Origin: an uncultured delta proteobacterium
GTDB taxonomy: Bacteria; Desulfobacterota; Desulfomonilia; UBA1062
Assembly: GCA_963798485.1 (NCBI GenBank)
Contig: CAWCTR010000030.1
Coordinates: forward strand, 178,758 to 242,757
Reading direction: 5' to 3'
DNA: 64,000 nt
Each line of letters opens with the position of its first letter. The first letter of the stretch is position 1. Below the pieces are notes generated by a model. That model was given only the letters and a program-made list of their open reading frames with translations. It was not told the DNA's origin and searched no databases. Below are positions 34,783 to 46,993 of this stretch, piece by piece. A program made the translations under genes and the position numbers.

Positions 34783-36862
34783 GTGAAAAGATCAGTTCCG
34801 ATAGAGAGACTCAGGAACATCGGTATCATGGCCCATATCGATGCGGGCAAGACCACGACTACCGAGCGTATCCTTTTCTATACGGGGCGGAGCTACAAGA
34901 TCGGCGAGGTGCATGACGGCCAGGCCACCATGGATTGGATGGAGCAGGAGAAGGAACGCGGCATCACCATCACGTCCGCCGCCACCACCTGTTTCTGGAA
35001 AGATCATATCATCAACATCATCGACACCCCGGGCCATGTCGACTTCACCATTGAAGTAGAGCGGTCCTTAAGGGTCCTTGACGGTGCCGTCGCGGTATTC
35101 TGCGCCGTAGGGGGCGTTGAGCCCCAGTCCGAGACGGTCTGGAGGCAGGCTGAGCGCTATAAGGTGCCCAGGCTGGCCTTTATAAACAAGATGGACCGCA
35201 CCGGCGCGGATTTCCTGAAGGTAGTGGGCCAGATCAAGGACAAGCTTGGCGCCAAACCCATTGCGCTGCAGCTTCCCATGGGTCAAGAAGAGAACTTCGC
35301 CGGTGTAGTGGACCTGGTGGAGATGAAGGCCGTCACCTTTGATGAATCCAGCAAGGGTGCAAGCTATAACTTCGTTGAGTTACCTCCCGAATACAAAGAC
35401 CTTGCCGAAGAGTACCGCGAGCGCCTCATCGAATCGCTGTGCGACGTGGATGATGCCATCATGGAGGCATACCTGGCCGGCAAACAGATCGCCAATGACG
35501 CCATCAAGACCGCTATTAAGAAGGGCACCTTGCTGGGTCTGATCACGCCGGTGCTGTGCGGGTCCGCCTTCAAGAACAAGGGCGTGCAGCCTATGCTGGA
35601 TGCGGTTGTCGACTATTTGCCTTCACCTGTCGAGGTAGGGGCCATCAAGGGCAAGACCGTCTCCGGAGAGGAAGCCAGCCGCAATCCCAGGGATGACGAA
35701 CCCTTCGCCGCCTTGGCGTTCAAGGTGATGAACGACACCTATGTAGGCCAGCTCACCTTTATCCGCGTATACTCCGGCGTGCTCAATAGCGGCGATACCA
35801 TCTACAACTGCTCTACCACCAAGAAAGAGCGTATAGGCAGGCTCGTGCGCATGTATGCGGATAAGCGCGAGGAGATCAAGACGCTGTGCGCCGGTGAGAT
35901 CGCTGCAGTGCTGGGGCTCAAAAATACCATCACGGGCCATAGCCTGTGTGATCCGGACAAACCCATAATCCTGGAGTCCATGGACTTCCCCGAGCCGGTC
36001 ATTTCCATTGCCATAGAGCCCAAGAGCAAATCGGACCAGGAACGCCTGGGTTTTGCCCTTTCCAGGCTTGCAATGGAAGACCCGTCCTTCAGGGTGCAGT
36101 CCAATCACGAGACGGGCGACACGCTCATCTCCGGCATGGGCGAGCTCCATCTTGAGATCATTGTGGACAGGCTGAAACGGGAATTCAGCGTGGATGCCAA
36201 TGTCGGCAAGCCGCAGGTGGCATACCGCGAGACCATCAGCAAGACCGTCCAGGAAACCGTAAAGTACGTCAAACAGACCGGCGGCCATGGCCAGTATGCA
36301 CACGTGGTCATCTCCGTGGAGCCCTTGGAGCCGGCATCCGGTTTTGAGTTTGTGAATAAGATCGTAGGCGGCGTGATACCAAGGGAATACATCCCTGCAG
36401 TAAAGAAGGGGATTGAAGAGTCCCTGGATATCGGCCCCATTGCAGGCTACCCTTTGCAGGATATGCGGGTGTCCCTGCTGGACGGGTCGTTCCACGAGGT
36501 GGATTCCTCCGAGCTCGCCTTCAAGATCGCAGGCTCCATGGCACTCAAGAACGCAGTGAAAAAGGCAGGCCCCATCATGCTCGAACCTATTATGGACGTC
36601 GAGTCGGTCTGCCCGGTGGATTATGTCGGAGACGTGATCAGCGACCTCTCTTCACGCAGAGGCAAGGTGCTCGGGATGGACACCCGCTCTGATGTCAGGG
36701 TGGTGGCCGCCCAGGTTCCGCTCGCAGAGATGTTCGGTTACGCAACATCGATACGCTCACTCACCCAGGGCCGCGCAACGTTTACCATGCAGGTATCGCA
36801 TTATGAGCCGGTGCCGAGCAGCATCTCCGAGACCTTAAAAGTTTCCAGAGGAGGACAGCTCT

Positions 36863-36870
<8 letters not shown>
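34783..36870 (+). CDS. fusA: Elongation factor G
   Basis: [25 protein letters not shown]. Confidence 0.98.
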
Positions 36871-38059
<1,189 letters not shown>

Positions 38060-38098
38060 TAAAGGGCTTACCCAGAAGAAAACAGGAGTATAAAAAGC

Positions 38099-38407
38099 AT
38101 GGAGACCCAACGGATTCGCATACGACTGAAAGGATATGACCACAAGCTTATCGACCAGTCCGTTCAGGAGATTGTTGATGCAGCCAGAAGGACGGGGGCC
38201 CACGTGGCCGGTCCCATCCCTTTACCCACCAAGATCGAGAAGTATTGTGTCCTTAGGTCTCCTCACGTTGACAAGAAATCAAGGGACCAGTTTGAGATTC
38301 GAACCTTTAAGCGTCTCCTGGACATCCTTGACCCCACCCAGCAGACCGTAGACTCTTTGATGAAACTGGATCTCTCGGCCGGGGTGGATGTAGAGATCAA
38401 GCTCTAA
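38099..38407 (+). CDS. rpsJ: 30S ribosomal protein S10
   Basis: [24 protein letters not shown]. Confidence 0.97.
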   Translation: METQRIRIRLKGYDHKLIDQSVQEIVDAARRTGAHVAGPIPLPTKIEKYCVLRSPHVDKKSRDQFEIRTFKRLLDILDPTQQTVDSLMKLDLSAGVDVEIKL

Positions 38408-38425
38408 AGCTTTGTGGAGACAGCC

Positions 38426-39055
38426 ATGATCAAGGGTATAATCGGGAAAAAACTTGGCATGACCCAGGTGTTCAATGAAAACGGGGATATGGTGCCGGTG
38501 ACGCTCATTCAGGTTGGGCCATGCTATATTGTCCAGAAGAAGTTCAAGGACAGAGACGGCTACGATGCGCTGCAGATCGGATTCGGCGAGAAGAAGGAAT
38601 CGCGCGTCAGCAAGCCGGATAAAGGCCACCAGGATAAGGCCGGCAAGGGTTATTTCTATAACCTGCGCGAAGTTCCTTGCGATGATGTGAGTGCCGTGGA
38701 AGAAGGCTCTGAGATCAAGGCGGGCGAAATCTTCGTCAAGGGTGAGAAGATAAAGATCACCGGTATCTCCAAGGGTAAGGGCTTTGCCAATGTTATCCGC
38801 AGGCACGGTTTCGGCGGCCTGCCGGGGAGCCATGGCTCGCTCATCCTGAACGAAACAGGTTCCATAGGCACCAACACCTCGCCGGGCAAGGTCATCAAGA
38901 ACAAGAAGATGCCCGGCCATATGGGTTGCAGACAAGTCACGGTTAAGGGCTTGAGGGTTATCGATATCTTGGAAGAGAAGAACATGATCGCTATCCGTGG
39001 GGCAGTCCCCGGTAGCAAGGGACAGCTCGTTATATTGAGGAAGCAAGAGGGTTAA
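38426..39055 (+). CDS. rplC: 50S ribosomal protein L3
   Basis: GKKLGMTQ, DGYDALQ, SKGKGF, KKMPGHMG. Confidence 0.96.
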   Translation: MIKGIIGKKLGMTQVFNENGDMVPVTLIQVGPCYIVQKKFKDRDGYDALQIGFGEKKESRVSKPDKGHQDKAGKGYFYNLREVPCDDVSAVEEGSEIKAGEIFVKGEKIKITGISKGKGFANVIRRHGFGGLPGSHGSLILNETGSIGTNTSPGKVIKNKKMPGHMGCRQVTVKGLRVIDILEEKNMIAIRGAVPGSKGQLVILRKQEG

Positions 39056-39058
39056 GCC

Positions 39059-39682
39059 ATGCCGGTTGTTGATGTGTTCAACATTGCAGGTGAAAAGGTT
39101 CGTGAGATAGAGCTTGATGATTGTGTGTTCGGGTGTGAGGTGAAACCTCACCTGATCCATGATGTTATCATCTGGCAGAGGGCCAATAAAAGGGCTGCTA
39201 CGGCCAAGACCAAGACAAGGGCCGAGGTCAGTGGCGGCGGGAAGAAACCATGGCGCCAGAAGGGCACAGGACGTGCGCGCTCCGGCACCAACCGATCCCC
39301 CATATGGAGGCACGGCGGCGTGATCTTCGGACCGAACAACAGAAATTATGTCATAAGCCTGCCCAAAAAGGTCAGGAAACAGGCCCTGTGCTCGGCTCTC
39401 TCCATGAAGGCGAACGAAAACATGCTTAAGGTCGTGGACGCTTTTGCTTTCAGCGAGCCCAAAACCAAACAGTATGCAAAGGCACTTGGCTCTTTGGGTA
39501 TGGTGAACTCTCTGGTGATAGTAGGCGATGCCGGGATGAATGTGGCGCTTGCTTCCAGGAACCATGCAAAGAGCAAACTTCTGGATGTCAAAGGACTGAA
39601 TGTCTATGACATCCTTAAATACAAAGGCCTTCTCATTGACGTCAAGGCTGTTGAGCTTATTCAAGAGAGGCTGAAGCCATGA
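39059..39682 (+). CDS. rplD: 50S ribosomal protein L4
   Basis: KPWRQKGTGRAR. Confidence 0.97.
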   Translation: MPVVDVFNIAGEKVREIELDDCVFGCEVKPHLIHDVIIWQRANKRAATAKTKTRAEVSGGGKKPWRQKGTGRARSGTNRSPIWRHGGVIFGPNNRNYVISLPKKVRKQALCSALSMKANENMLKVVDAFAFSEPKTKQYAKALGSLGMVNSLVIVGDAGMNVALASRNHAKSKLLDVKGLNVYDILKYKGLLIDVKAVELIQERLKP

Positions 39683-39966
39683 AGACCTTAAGCATACTGA
39701 GGCGGCCCCTCGTTACGGAAAAAGGGACCATGCTCAAAGAGAAGGGCAACAAGGTGATCTTCTCCGTGGCGCCGGACGCCAACAAGATACAGATTAAAAA
39801 GGCTGTCGAAGAGATGTTTGGCGTGCACGTCGAAGACGTGAAGACCATGAATTTCAAGGGCAAGATCAAGCGTTGGGGATACCGTCCCTACCAGCGCTCC
39901 GACTGGAAGAAGGCGATTGTCACGCTGAAAACGGGCGAGTCTATCGACTTTATTGAAGGGGTATAA
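39679..39966 (+). CDS. rplW: 50S ribosomal protein L23
   Basis: PLVTEK, ANKIQIK, WKKAIVTL. Confidence 0.96.
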   Translation: MKTLSILRRPLVTEKGTMLKEKGNKVIFSVAPDANKIQIKKAVEEMFGVHVEDVKTMNFKGKIKRWGYRPYQRSDWKKAIVTLKTGESIDFIEGV

Positions 39967-39969
39967 CCC

Positions 39970-40791
39970 ATGAGCATACGCGGCTTCAAACCAACATCGG
40001 CCGGCAGGCGGTCCATGACGGTCTCCACCTTTGAGGAGATCACGGTAACTGCGCCCGAGAAATCGCTGACGTTGCGCCTCAAGAAGAACAGCGGCCGGAA
40101 CAATCTGGGCCGTGTCACGGTGCGGCATCAGGGCGGCGGAAGCACAAGGCTCTACCGTATCGTTGATTTCAGGCGCGACAAACAGGGCGTGCCCGGCAAG
40201 ATCATGACCATTGAATACGATCCCAACCGTACCGCCAGGATTTCTCTCGTGCAGTATGCGGACGGAGAGAAGCGTTATATGCTCTGGCCCGAAGGGCTCG
40301 CCGTCGGCAGCATGGTCCTTGCATCGGAAGAAGCCGAAATCAGAACGGGAAATGTCCTGAGTTTGAAGGCCATGCCCCTTGGCACGTTCGTCCATAACGT
40401 CGAGTGCAAGATGGGCAAGGGCGGGCAGCTCATCCGTTCCGCCGGCACATACGGTCAGGTGCTTGCAAAAGAAGGCACATACGTTCAGATCAAGATGCCG
40501 TCCGGCGAAGTACGCAAGGTCTTTGCCGAGTGCAAGGCCACCATCGGCCAGGTCGGCAACGTAAGTCACCAGAACATCACGTATGGCAAGGCGGGCAGGA
40601 AACGCTGGCTCGGCATCAGGCCTACCGTGCGCGGCGTTGCCATGAACCCGGTTGATCATCCGCACGGAGGGGGCGAAGGCAGGGTTAAGGGCAATCATCC
40701 TGTTACGCCGTGGGGCGTTTCCACCAAGGGTCACAAGACCAGGAACCGCACCAAGGACTCCAATAAGTATATAGTAAAGAGGAGGAAGTAA
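39970..40791 (+). CDS. rplB: 50S ribosomal protein L2
   Basis: [25 protein letters not shown]. Confidence 0.97.
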   Translation: MSIRGFKPTSAGRRSMTVSTFEEITVTAPEKSLTLRLKKNSGRNNLGRVTVRHQGGGSTRLYRIVDFRRDKQGVPGKIMTIEYDPNRTARISLVQYADGEKRYMLWPEGLAVGSMVLASEEAEIRTGNVLSLKAMPLGTFVHNVECKMGKGGQLIRSAGTYGQVLAKEGTYVQIKMPSGEVRKVFAECKATIGQVGNVSHQNITYGKAGRKRWLGIRPTVRGVAMNPVDHPHGGGEGRVKGNHPVTPWGVSTKGHKTRNRTKDSNKYIVKRRK

Positions 40792-40794
40792 GCC

Positions 40795-41076
40795 GTGGCA
40801 CGCTCACTGAAGAAAGGGCCGTTTGTTGATGAACACCTGCTGAAAAAGGTTCTCCAGGCCCAGGAGTCAGGCAGTCGTAAGGTTATCAAGACCTGGTCGA
40901 GGCGCTCGGTCATCCTCCCTGAGTCCGTAGGGCTTACCTTTGCCGTGCATAACGGCAAGAAGTTCGTCCCTGTCTACTGCACCGAGGAGATGGTGGGGCA
41001 CAAGCTCGGGGAATTCTCGCCCACACGGACCTTCTTCGGCCATGCAGCCGACAGAAAGTCATCGAGGAAGGGGTAG
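40795..41076 (+). CDS. rpsS: 30S ribosomal protein S19
   Basis: [17 protein letters not shown]. Confidence 0.97.
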   Translation: MARSLKKGPFVDEHLLKKVLQAQESGSRKVIKTWSRRSVILPESVGLTFAVHNGKKFVPVYCTEEMVGHKLGEFSPTRTFFGHAADRKSSRKG

Positions 41077-41079
41077 GCC

Positions 41080-41412
41080 ATGGAGTCAAAGGCAGTCTTA
41101 AAACATTCCAGGGTTTCGCCGCAGAAGACGAGGCTCCTGGCCGACCAGGTGAGAAGCAAGCAGATTGCTGATGCGTTACGTATGCTTAATCTCTTAGGCA
41201 CCAAGCGCGCCCGTATCATTGCCAAGGTCCTGAACTCGGCCGTGGCCAATGCCATGCATACGGGTATGATGGATGTGGATAATCTCTATGTGAAATCCAT
41301 CCAGATTGATGAAGGCCCAACCATGAAGAGGTTTCGCCCGCGCGCACAAGGCAAGGCGAACCGCATCATCAAGAGGACTTCTCACATAGCCGTGGTCTTA
41401 GAAGAGCTTTAG
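41080..41412 (+). CDS. rplV: 50S ribosomal protein L22
   Basis: SPQK.RL.AD, PRAQG.A..I.KRTSH. Confidence 0.96.
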   Translation: MESKAVLKHSRVSPQKTRLLADQVRSKQIADALRMLNLLGTKRARIIAKVLNSAVANAMHTGMMDVDNLYVKSIQIDEGPTMKRFRPRAQGKANRIIKRTSHIAVVLEEL

Positions 41413-41427
41413 GAAAGGGGTCGATAA

Positions 41428-42075
41428 GTGGGACAGAAGATTCATCCGTACGGATTTCGGCTTGGGGTTACCAAGGACTGGAAGGCCAAGTGGTACGCAG
41501 AGAAAAGTTTTGGCATTCTCTTCGTTGAAGATCGCAAAATCCGCAATTTTATTCATAAGAACTTAAGCCATGCAGGGATCTCGAATATCATTATCGAGCG
41601 GGCAGCCAACAAGGTGAAGCTTGTCATCTTCACCGGCAGGCCCGGTCTTGTGATCGGCAGGAAGGGCCAGGGCGCAGAGACGATAAAGAACGACCTGGCC
41701 AAATTCGTGAACAAAGAGATCATGCTGGAGATCAAGGAAGTCAGACGTCCCGAGACCGATGCCCAGATCGTGGCGGAAGGCATTGCGAGCCAGCTTGAGC
41801 GCCGCGTCGCATACCGTCGCGCCATGAAGAGGGCGGTGAGTCAGGCCATCAGGATGGGTGCCCAGGGCATAAAGGTTGCCTGTGCGGGCAGGCTTGCAGG
41901 GGCTGAGATCGCGCGCAGGGAGTGGTACCGCGAAGGCAGGGTGCCTTTGCATACACTTCGCAGCGACGTTGACTACGGCTTCAAGGAAGCATTCACTATC
42001 TATGGGGTCATCGGTGTGAAGGTGTGGGTATACCACGGTGACATCATGAAGAAAGCCGAACAGGCAACCGCTTAA
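41428..42075 (+). CDS. rpsC: 30S ribosomal protein S3
   Basis: [22 protein letters not shown]. Confidence 0.97.
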   Translation: MGQKIHPYGFRLGVTKDWKAKWYAEKSFGILFVEDRKIRNFIHKNLSHAGISNIIIERAANKVKLVIFTGRPGLVIGRKGQGAETIKNDLAKFVNKEIMLEIKEVRRPETDAQIVAEGIASQLERRVAYRRAMKRAVSQAIRMGAQGIKVACAGRLAGAEIARREWYREGRVPLHTLRSDVDYGFKEAFTIYGVIGVKVWVYHGDIMKKAEQATA

Positions 42076-42089
42076 GGGAGATTGTGGCC

Positions 42090-42506
42090 ATGTTGATGCC
42101 GAACAAGGTAAAACATAGAAAACAGATGCGGGGACGCATGAAGGGCAGCCCGGAGCGTGGGTCAAGGGTTGCCTTTGGGACATACGGGCTGCAGACATTG
42201 GAGCCCCACTGGATCACTGCAAGACAGATAGAAGCGGCACGCGTCGCTATCACGCGCTTTATAAAAAGAGGCGGCAAGGTATGGATCAGGCTTTTCCCTG
42301 ATAAACCCATTACGAAGAAGCCCGCTGAGACGCGTATGGGAAAGGGGAAAGGCGCCCCGGAGGAGTGGGTAGCACCGGTAAGACCCGGCAGGATACTCTT
42401 CGAGATCGACGGAGTGAGTTTGGAACAGGCCAAGGAGGCCTTCCGACTTGCATCCCACAAGCTGCCCGTGAAGACCAGGTTTGTTGCACGTGAGGGGGCC
42501 GTATGA
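42090..42506 (+). CDS. rplP: 50S ribosomal protein L16
   Basis: RQIEAAR, RMGKGKG. Confidence 0.97.
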   Translation: MLMPNKVKHRKQMRGRMKGSPERGSRVAFGTYGLQTLEPHWITARQIEAARVAITRFIKRGGKVWIRLFPDKPITKKPAETRMGKGKGAPEEWVAPVRPGRILFEIDGVSLEQAKEAFRLASHKLPVKTRFVAREGAV

Positions 42507-42688
42507 AGGTAAAGGAAATACGCGAGAAGTCTGCCGGAGAGATCTCCCTGCTCAAGACAAAACTCGAGCGCGAACTGATGGACACACGCTTTAAGAAGGC
42601 CATGAGCCAGCTCAAGGACAAGACCCTTATCGGCAAGCTGCGTCGTGATATTGCGCGGATCAATACGATCACCCGGGAGAAACAGTAA
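42503..42688 (+). CDS. rpmC: 50S ribosomal protein L29
   Basis: RRDIARINT; synteny. Confidence 0.94.
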   Translation: MKVKEIREKSAGEISLLKTKLERELMDTRFKKAMSQLKDKTLIGKLRRDIARINTITREKQ

Positions 42689-42945
42689 TGGCAGAAAAAT
42701 CAAGAAAGCTCGAGTTGCAAGGAGTGGTCACGAGCGACAAGATGGACAAGACCGCTGTAGTGACCGTTGAACGGCTTGAGAAGCACCCCGTCTTTGAGAA
42801 GTATATACGCAGACGCGCCAGGTTCAAGGCCCATGATGAACGCAATGAGTGCAAACCCGGTGATAAGGTTCTTATCCGTGAGTGCAGGCCCATCAGCAAA
42901 GACAAGAGCTGGAGGATTGTGAAGATCCTCGAGAGACAGGAATAA
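42688..42945 (+). CDS. rpsQ: 30S ribosomal protein S17
   Basis: SDKMDKT, ECRPISKDK.W. Confidence 0.96.
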   Translation: MAEKSRKLELQGVVTSDKMDKTAVVTVERLEKHPVFEKYIRRRARFKAHDERNECKPGDKVLIRECRPISKDKSWRIVKILERQE

Positions 42946-42974
42946 GAGTTAAGGTTTAGTGGCGGAGGCTACCC

Positions 42975-43343
42975 ATGGTCCAACAGCAGACAAGGCTCAA
43001 GGTTGCGGATAATTCAGGCGCAAAAGAGATAATGTGCATTAAGGTATTGGGCGGAACCAGGCGCAGATATGCATATCTGGGCGACGTGATCGTCGCGAGT
43101 GTGAAAGAGGCAATTCCCCGTTCCAAGGTTAAGAAGGGCGATGTGGTCAAGGCCGTGGTCGTAAGGACCAAGAAGACACAGAAACGCCCTGACGGGACGA
43201 GCATCAGGTTCGATGAGAACTCGGCCGTGATCCTCTCTAACCAGAATGAGCCCATCGGCACGCGCATATTCGGACCCGTCGCCCGCGAGCTCAGGGCCAA
43301 GAATTTTATGAAGATAGTCTCGCTGGCACCGGAAGTGCTTTAA
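42975..43343 (+). CDS. rplN: 50S ribosomal protein L14
   Basis: [20 protein letters not shown]. Confidence 0.97.
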   Translation: MVQQQTRLKVADNSGAKEIMCIKVLGGTRRRYAYLGDVIVASVKEAIPRSKVKKGDVVKAVVVRTKKTQKRPDGTSIRFDENSAVILSNQNEPIGTRIFGPVARELRAKNFMKIVSLAPEVL

Positions 43344-43357
43344 TGAGGAGTTGACAG

Positions 43358-43693
43358 ATGGCAGTGGTAAACTACGAGACAGGCAGAATAAAAAAGGGCG
43401 ACACGGTAATAGTCCTTGCCGGCAAGAACAAGGGCAAGCAGGGGCAGGTAATGCGTCTCATACACAAGAAGGATAAGCTTCTTGTCGAGCGGGTGAATAT
43501 CATCAAGAAGCACACCAAGCCCACACAGACCTCGCAAGGCGGTATCGTGGAGAAAGAGGCGGGTATCCATAAATCCAATGTGGCCCTTGTCTGCCCCAAA
43601 TGCAGAAAAGGCGTGCGCATCGGATACAAGGCACATGAAGACGGCACCAAGGTCAGGGTCTGCAAGCGCTGCGGCGAGGAATTGGATAAGTGA
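43358..43693 (+). CDS. rplX: 50S ribosomal protein L24
   Basis: KKGDTVIVLAGKNKG, IHKSNV. Confidence 0.96.
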   Translation: MAVVNYETGRIKKGDTVIVLAGKNKGKQGQVMRLIHKKDKLLVERVNIIKKHTKPTQTSQGGIVEKEAGIHKSNVALVCPKCRKGVRIGYKAHEDGTKVRVCKRCGEELDK

Positions 43694-43701
43694 GGTTATA
43701 G

Positions 43702-44241
43702 ATGGCAAGGCTCAAGGATTATTATATAAAAGAGATCGTGCCTGCACTGAAGGCGGAATTCGGATATAGCAATATCCACCAGATCCCCAAGATAGTAAAG
43801 GTCGTCTTGAACATGGGTCTGGGTGAGGCGGTCGCCGACGTCAAGATCATCGACAAGGCGGCCCAAGAACTCACGCTCATCACCGGGCAAAAGCCCATTG
43901 TCAGGAAGGCGCGTAAATCTATTGCCGCATTTAAGCTCAGGGAAGGCATGCCTGTGGGGTGTGCCGTTACTCTGCGCGGCAGTCAGATGTTTGAGTTTCT
44001 CGACAGGCTCATCAATGCGGTGCTCCCACGTGTAAGGGACTTTCGCGGTATCTCCGCGAAGGGTTTTGACGGACGCGGAAATTACACCATGGGCCTTACG
44101 GACCAGACCGTGTTCCCGGAGATAGACTTCGATGCGGTTGAAAAGCTCCGGGGTATGAATATAACCATTGTGACCACTGCTAAGAGCGATGACGAGAGTA
44201 AGAGCCTGCTCAGCGCTTTTGGTATGCCATTTCGGAAGTAA
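43702..44241 (+). CDS. rplE: 50S ribosomal protein L5
   Basis: [21 protein letters not shown]. Confidence 0.97.
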   Translation: MARLKDYYIKEIVPALKAEFGYSNIHQIPKIVKVVLNMGLGEAVADVKIIDKAAQELTLITGQKPIVRKARKSIAAFKLREGMPVGCAVTLRGSQMFEFLDRLINAVLPRVRDFRGISAKGFDGRGNYTMGLTDQTVFPEIDFDAVEKLRGMNITIVTTAKSDDESKSLLSAFGMPFRK

Positions 44242-44250
44242 GGGGATGCT

Positions 44251-44436
44251 ATGGCGAAAAAATCTTTGATCGCAAAACAGAAAAGGACACCGAAGTTCAA
44301 GGTGAGAGAATACAACAGGTGCATGCTGTGCGGCAGGCCGCACGCATATTACCGCAAGTTCGGCATCTGTCGAATATGCCTGCGGAATCACGCCATGAAG
44401 GGCGAGATCCCGGGCTTAAAGAAATCAAGCTGGTAA
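44251..44436 (+). CDS. rpsZ: 30S ribosomal protein S14 (type Z, Zn-binding)
   Basis: RCMLCGR..CRIC, 61 aa. Confidence 0.95.
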   Translation: MAKKSLIAKQKRTPKFKVREYNRCMLCGRPHAYYRKFGICRICLRNHAMKGEIPGLKKSSW

Positions 44437-44450
44437 GAGAGGAACATCAG

Positions 44451-44843
44451 ATGCATACCGATCCCATTGCGGACATGATCACCAGGATTCGTAACGCAGC
44501 GCTGGCCATGAAGGAGAGCGTTGACATCCCGGCATCAAAACTCAAGATCGAAATCGCCGACATCCTCATGAAAGAGGGATATATCAAGGCGTACAGGGTT
44601 ATCGATGACGGCAAGCAGGGCATGCTGCGGGTGAGCCTGAAATATTTCAACTCCCGTCACGTCATAAGCGGCATCCAGAGGGTCTCGCGGCCCGGGAGAA
44701 GGGTTTACAAAAGGTCGGACGAGATCCCGAATATACGGGGAGGACTAGGCATATCCATCGTGAGCACCTCTACCGGACTCATGACCGACCTTAAGGCAAA
44801 GGCCGGCAACGTGGGCGGAGAAGTCCTGATCAAGGTCTGGTAA
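44451..44843 (+). CDS. rpsH: 30S ribosomal protein S8
   Basis: [20 protein letters not shown]; start at 44451. Confidence 0.97.
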   Translation: MHTDPIADMITRIRNAALAMKESVDIPASKLKIEIADILMKEGYIKAYRVIDDGKQGMLRVSLKYFNSRHVISGIQRVSRPGRRVYKRSDEIPNIRGGLGISIVSTSTGLMTDLKAKAGNVGGEVLIKVW

Positions 44844-44856
44844 GGAGATTAGAGCC

Positions 44857-45405
44857 ATGTCGATATCAAGGATTGGAAAACTGCCCATAGCAATACCAAA
44901 GGGCGTCACGATAAAGGTGGAGAACGGAATCCTCAAGGTGAAGGGGCCAAAGGGCGAGCTGGAAAAGAAGTGCGTGGGCAATATCGAGGTGAAGATTGAG
45001 GCGGGCGAGCTCTCCTTCAGCACGCTTGATGATGAACGCACGACAAAGGCCTTTCATGGGCTCATGCGCTCTCTTGCCAATAACATGGTGACGGGCGTTA
45101 CGGATGGTTTCACCAGGAAGCTCAGGATAGTGGGTATCGGATACCGCGGTGAGGGCAAGGGAAACACGTTGGTCTTGAGCGTAGGTTACTCGCATCCGGT
45201 AGAGTTCCCTCTTCCCAAGGGGATCAGCGGCACGGTGAGTAAAGACGGGCTCATCGAACTTACAGGGATAGACAACGAGCTTTTAGGGGATGTAGCCGCA
45301 CGTATTCGCAAGGTGCGCAAGCCTGATTCCTATGCGGGCAAAGGCATCCGGTACGACGGTGAAGTGGTGAGGATCAAGCCCGGCAAGAGCGCTGCCAAAG
45401 GCTAA
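44857..45405 (+). CDS. rplF: 50S ribosomal protein L6
   Basis: SRIGKLPI, GYSHP, Y.GKGIRY. Confidence 0.97.
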   Translation: MSISRIGKLPIAIPKGVTIKVENGILKVKGPKGELEKKCVGNIEVKIEAGELSFSTLDDERTTKAFHGLMRSLANNMVTGVTDGFTRKLRIVGIGYRGEGKGNTLVLSVGYSHPVEFPLPKGISGTVSKDGLIELTGIDNELLGDVAARIRKVRKPDSYAGKGIRYDGEVVRIKPGKSAAKG

Positions 45406-45439
45406 GGCTTGATTGATATTGATAAGGAGTAGGTAAACC

Positions 45440-45802
45440 GTGAGCAAGAAGAGTGCGAAGGAAGCCTGGGTTCTCAGGAAAGAGCGGGTCAGGAAGACAA
45501 TAAGCGGCACACCGGAGAGGCTCCGCCTGAGCGTGTACCGGGGCAACAATAACATCTATACACAGATCATCGACGACACCAAGGGCACGACGCTGGTGGC
45601 TGCATCCAGCCTGAGCCCTGAGATTCGCGGAAAGGTGAAGGGCTTCAGCATCGAGACCGCGAAGCAGGTAGGTTCGCTTTTGGCCGCAAAGGCCAAGGAG
45701 AAGGGTATTGAAAAGGTGGTCTTTGACCGCTCGGGTTACAAGTATCACGGCAAGATTAAGGCCCTCTCAGATGCCGCACGTGAGGGCGGGCTGAAGTTCT
45801 AA
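45440..45802 (+). CDS. rplR: 50S ribosomal protein L18
   Basis: VVFDR.GYKYHG. Confidence 0.96.
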   Translation: MSKKSAKEAWVLRKERVRKTISGTPERLRLSVYRGNNNIYTQIIDDTKGTTLVAASSLSPEIRGKVKGFSIETAKQVGSLLAAKAKEKGIEKVVFDRSGYKYHGKIKALSDAAREGGLKF

Positions 45803-45820
45803 TAACAGCGAGGTGGTGAA

Positions 45821-46327
45821 TTGGCGAGATTTGATAAGTTCGAAGAAGATAAAGATCAGTTGATCGACAAGGTTGTCTACATCAACCGTGTCGCCAAGGT
45901 CGTTAAGGGCGGCAAACGCTTCCGTTTCAGTGCGCTCGTTGTGGTGGGCGACGGCAACGGCAAGGTCGGTCACGGGCTTGGCAAGGCCAAGGAAGTATCG
46001 GTAAGCATACGCAAGGGGGTTGATGCCGCCAAGAAATCAATGGTGGATGTGCCCATCATAAAAGGCACGATCCCCCATGCCATAACCGGAGAGTTCGGGT
46101 CGTCCAAGGTATATGTGAAACCGGCCCCCGAGGGTACGGGCATCATTGCAGGAAACGCTGTTCGCGCCGTCATGGAGGCTGCAGGGTATAAGAACGTTGT
46201 GGCCAAGACCTTAGGCTCCAGGAACCATAACAACGTCATCCGCGCCACCCTTGATGCGCTGGCGCGCATGGAAACGAAAGAGGCCGTCGAGGCCAAGCGC
46301 GGCAAGTCGCTTGACGTGGCATCGTAA
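45821..46327 (+). CDS. rpsE: 30S ribosomal protein S5
   Basis: NRVAKVVKGG.RF.FSALVVVGD. Confidence 0.97.
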   Translation: MARFDKFEEDKDQLIDKVVYINRVAKVVKGGKRFRFSALVVVGDGNGKVGHGLGKAKEVSVSIRKGVDAAKKSMVDVPIIKGTIPHAITGEFGSSKVYVKPAPEGTGIIAGNAVRAVMEAAGYKNVVAKTLGSRNHNNVIRATLDALARMETKEAVEAKRGKSLDVAS

Positions 46328-46353
46328 ACATAAAAAGGGATGGATAAGAAATC

Positions 46354-46536
46354 ATGGCTGGTAAGATAAAGGTGACATTGAGCCGTTCGGTGATACACAG
46401 CACACATAAGCAGAGGGCTGTCGTTACGGCGTTGGGTCTGAAGAGGCGCGGCAGGTCGAGGGTACTGCCCGACAACGATGCAACACGTGGCGCCATCAAG
46501 AAGGTGCCTCATCTTTTAACCTGGGAGGAGGCATAA
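46354..46536 (+). CDS. rpmD: 50S ribosomal protein L30
   Basis: KVTL.RS.I, ALGLKR; synteny. Confidence 0.94.
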   Translation: MAGKIKVTLSRSVIHSTHKQRAVVTALGLKRRGRSRVLPDNDATRGAIKKVPHLLTWEEA

Positions 46537-46537
46537 C

Positions 46538-46984
46538 ATGCTCGATCTATCGAACCTGAAACCGGCGGCAGGATCACGGAAGAAAAAGAAGAGGGTGGGA
46601 AGAGGAAATGCATCGGGTATGGGCACCACCAGCGGTCGAGGCGCAAAAGGCCAGAAGGCCCGCTCCGGTGGCAGCGTGCCCCAGTGGTTTGAAGGCGGGC
46701 AGATGCCTATCTACCGCAGGCTCCCCAAGAGAGGGTTCAAGAACTTCCTGTTCAAGAAAGAATATGCAGTGGTGAATATCAGGGACCTTTCCCTATTCGA
46801 AAAGGGCGCAGTGGTTGACCGCAAGGCCTTGAAGGACAAGGGTAAGATCCCGAATTTGGGTGTGGCCGTCAAATTGTTGGGCCAAGGCGTTATAGATTTT
46901 CCTTTGACAGTGAAGCTGGACAAGGCATCCCAGGCGGCGCTCGACAAGATTGCGAAGGCCGGTGGGACCTTCGAAGCTCTTTAG
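46538..46984 (+). CDS. rplO: 50S ribosomal protein L15
   Basis: RVGRG, FEGGQMP..RRLPKRGF. Confidence 0.97.
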   Translation: MLDLSNLKPAAGSRKKKKRVGRGNASGMGTTSGRGAKGQKARSGGSVPQWFEGGQMPIYRRLPKRGFKNFLFKKEYAVVNIRDLSLFEKGAVVDRKALKDKGKIPNLGVAVKLLGQGVIDFPLTVKLDKASQAALDKIAKAGGTFEAL

Positions 46985-46993
46985 GGGTTAAAC

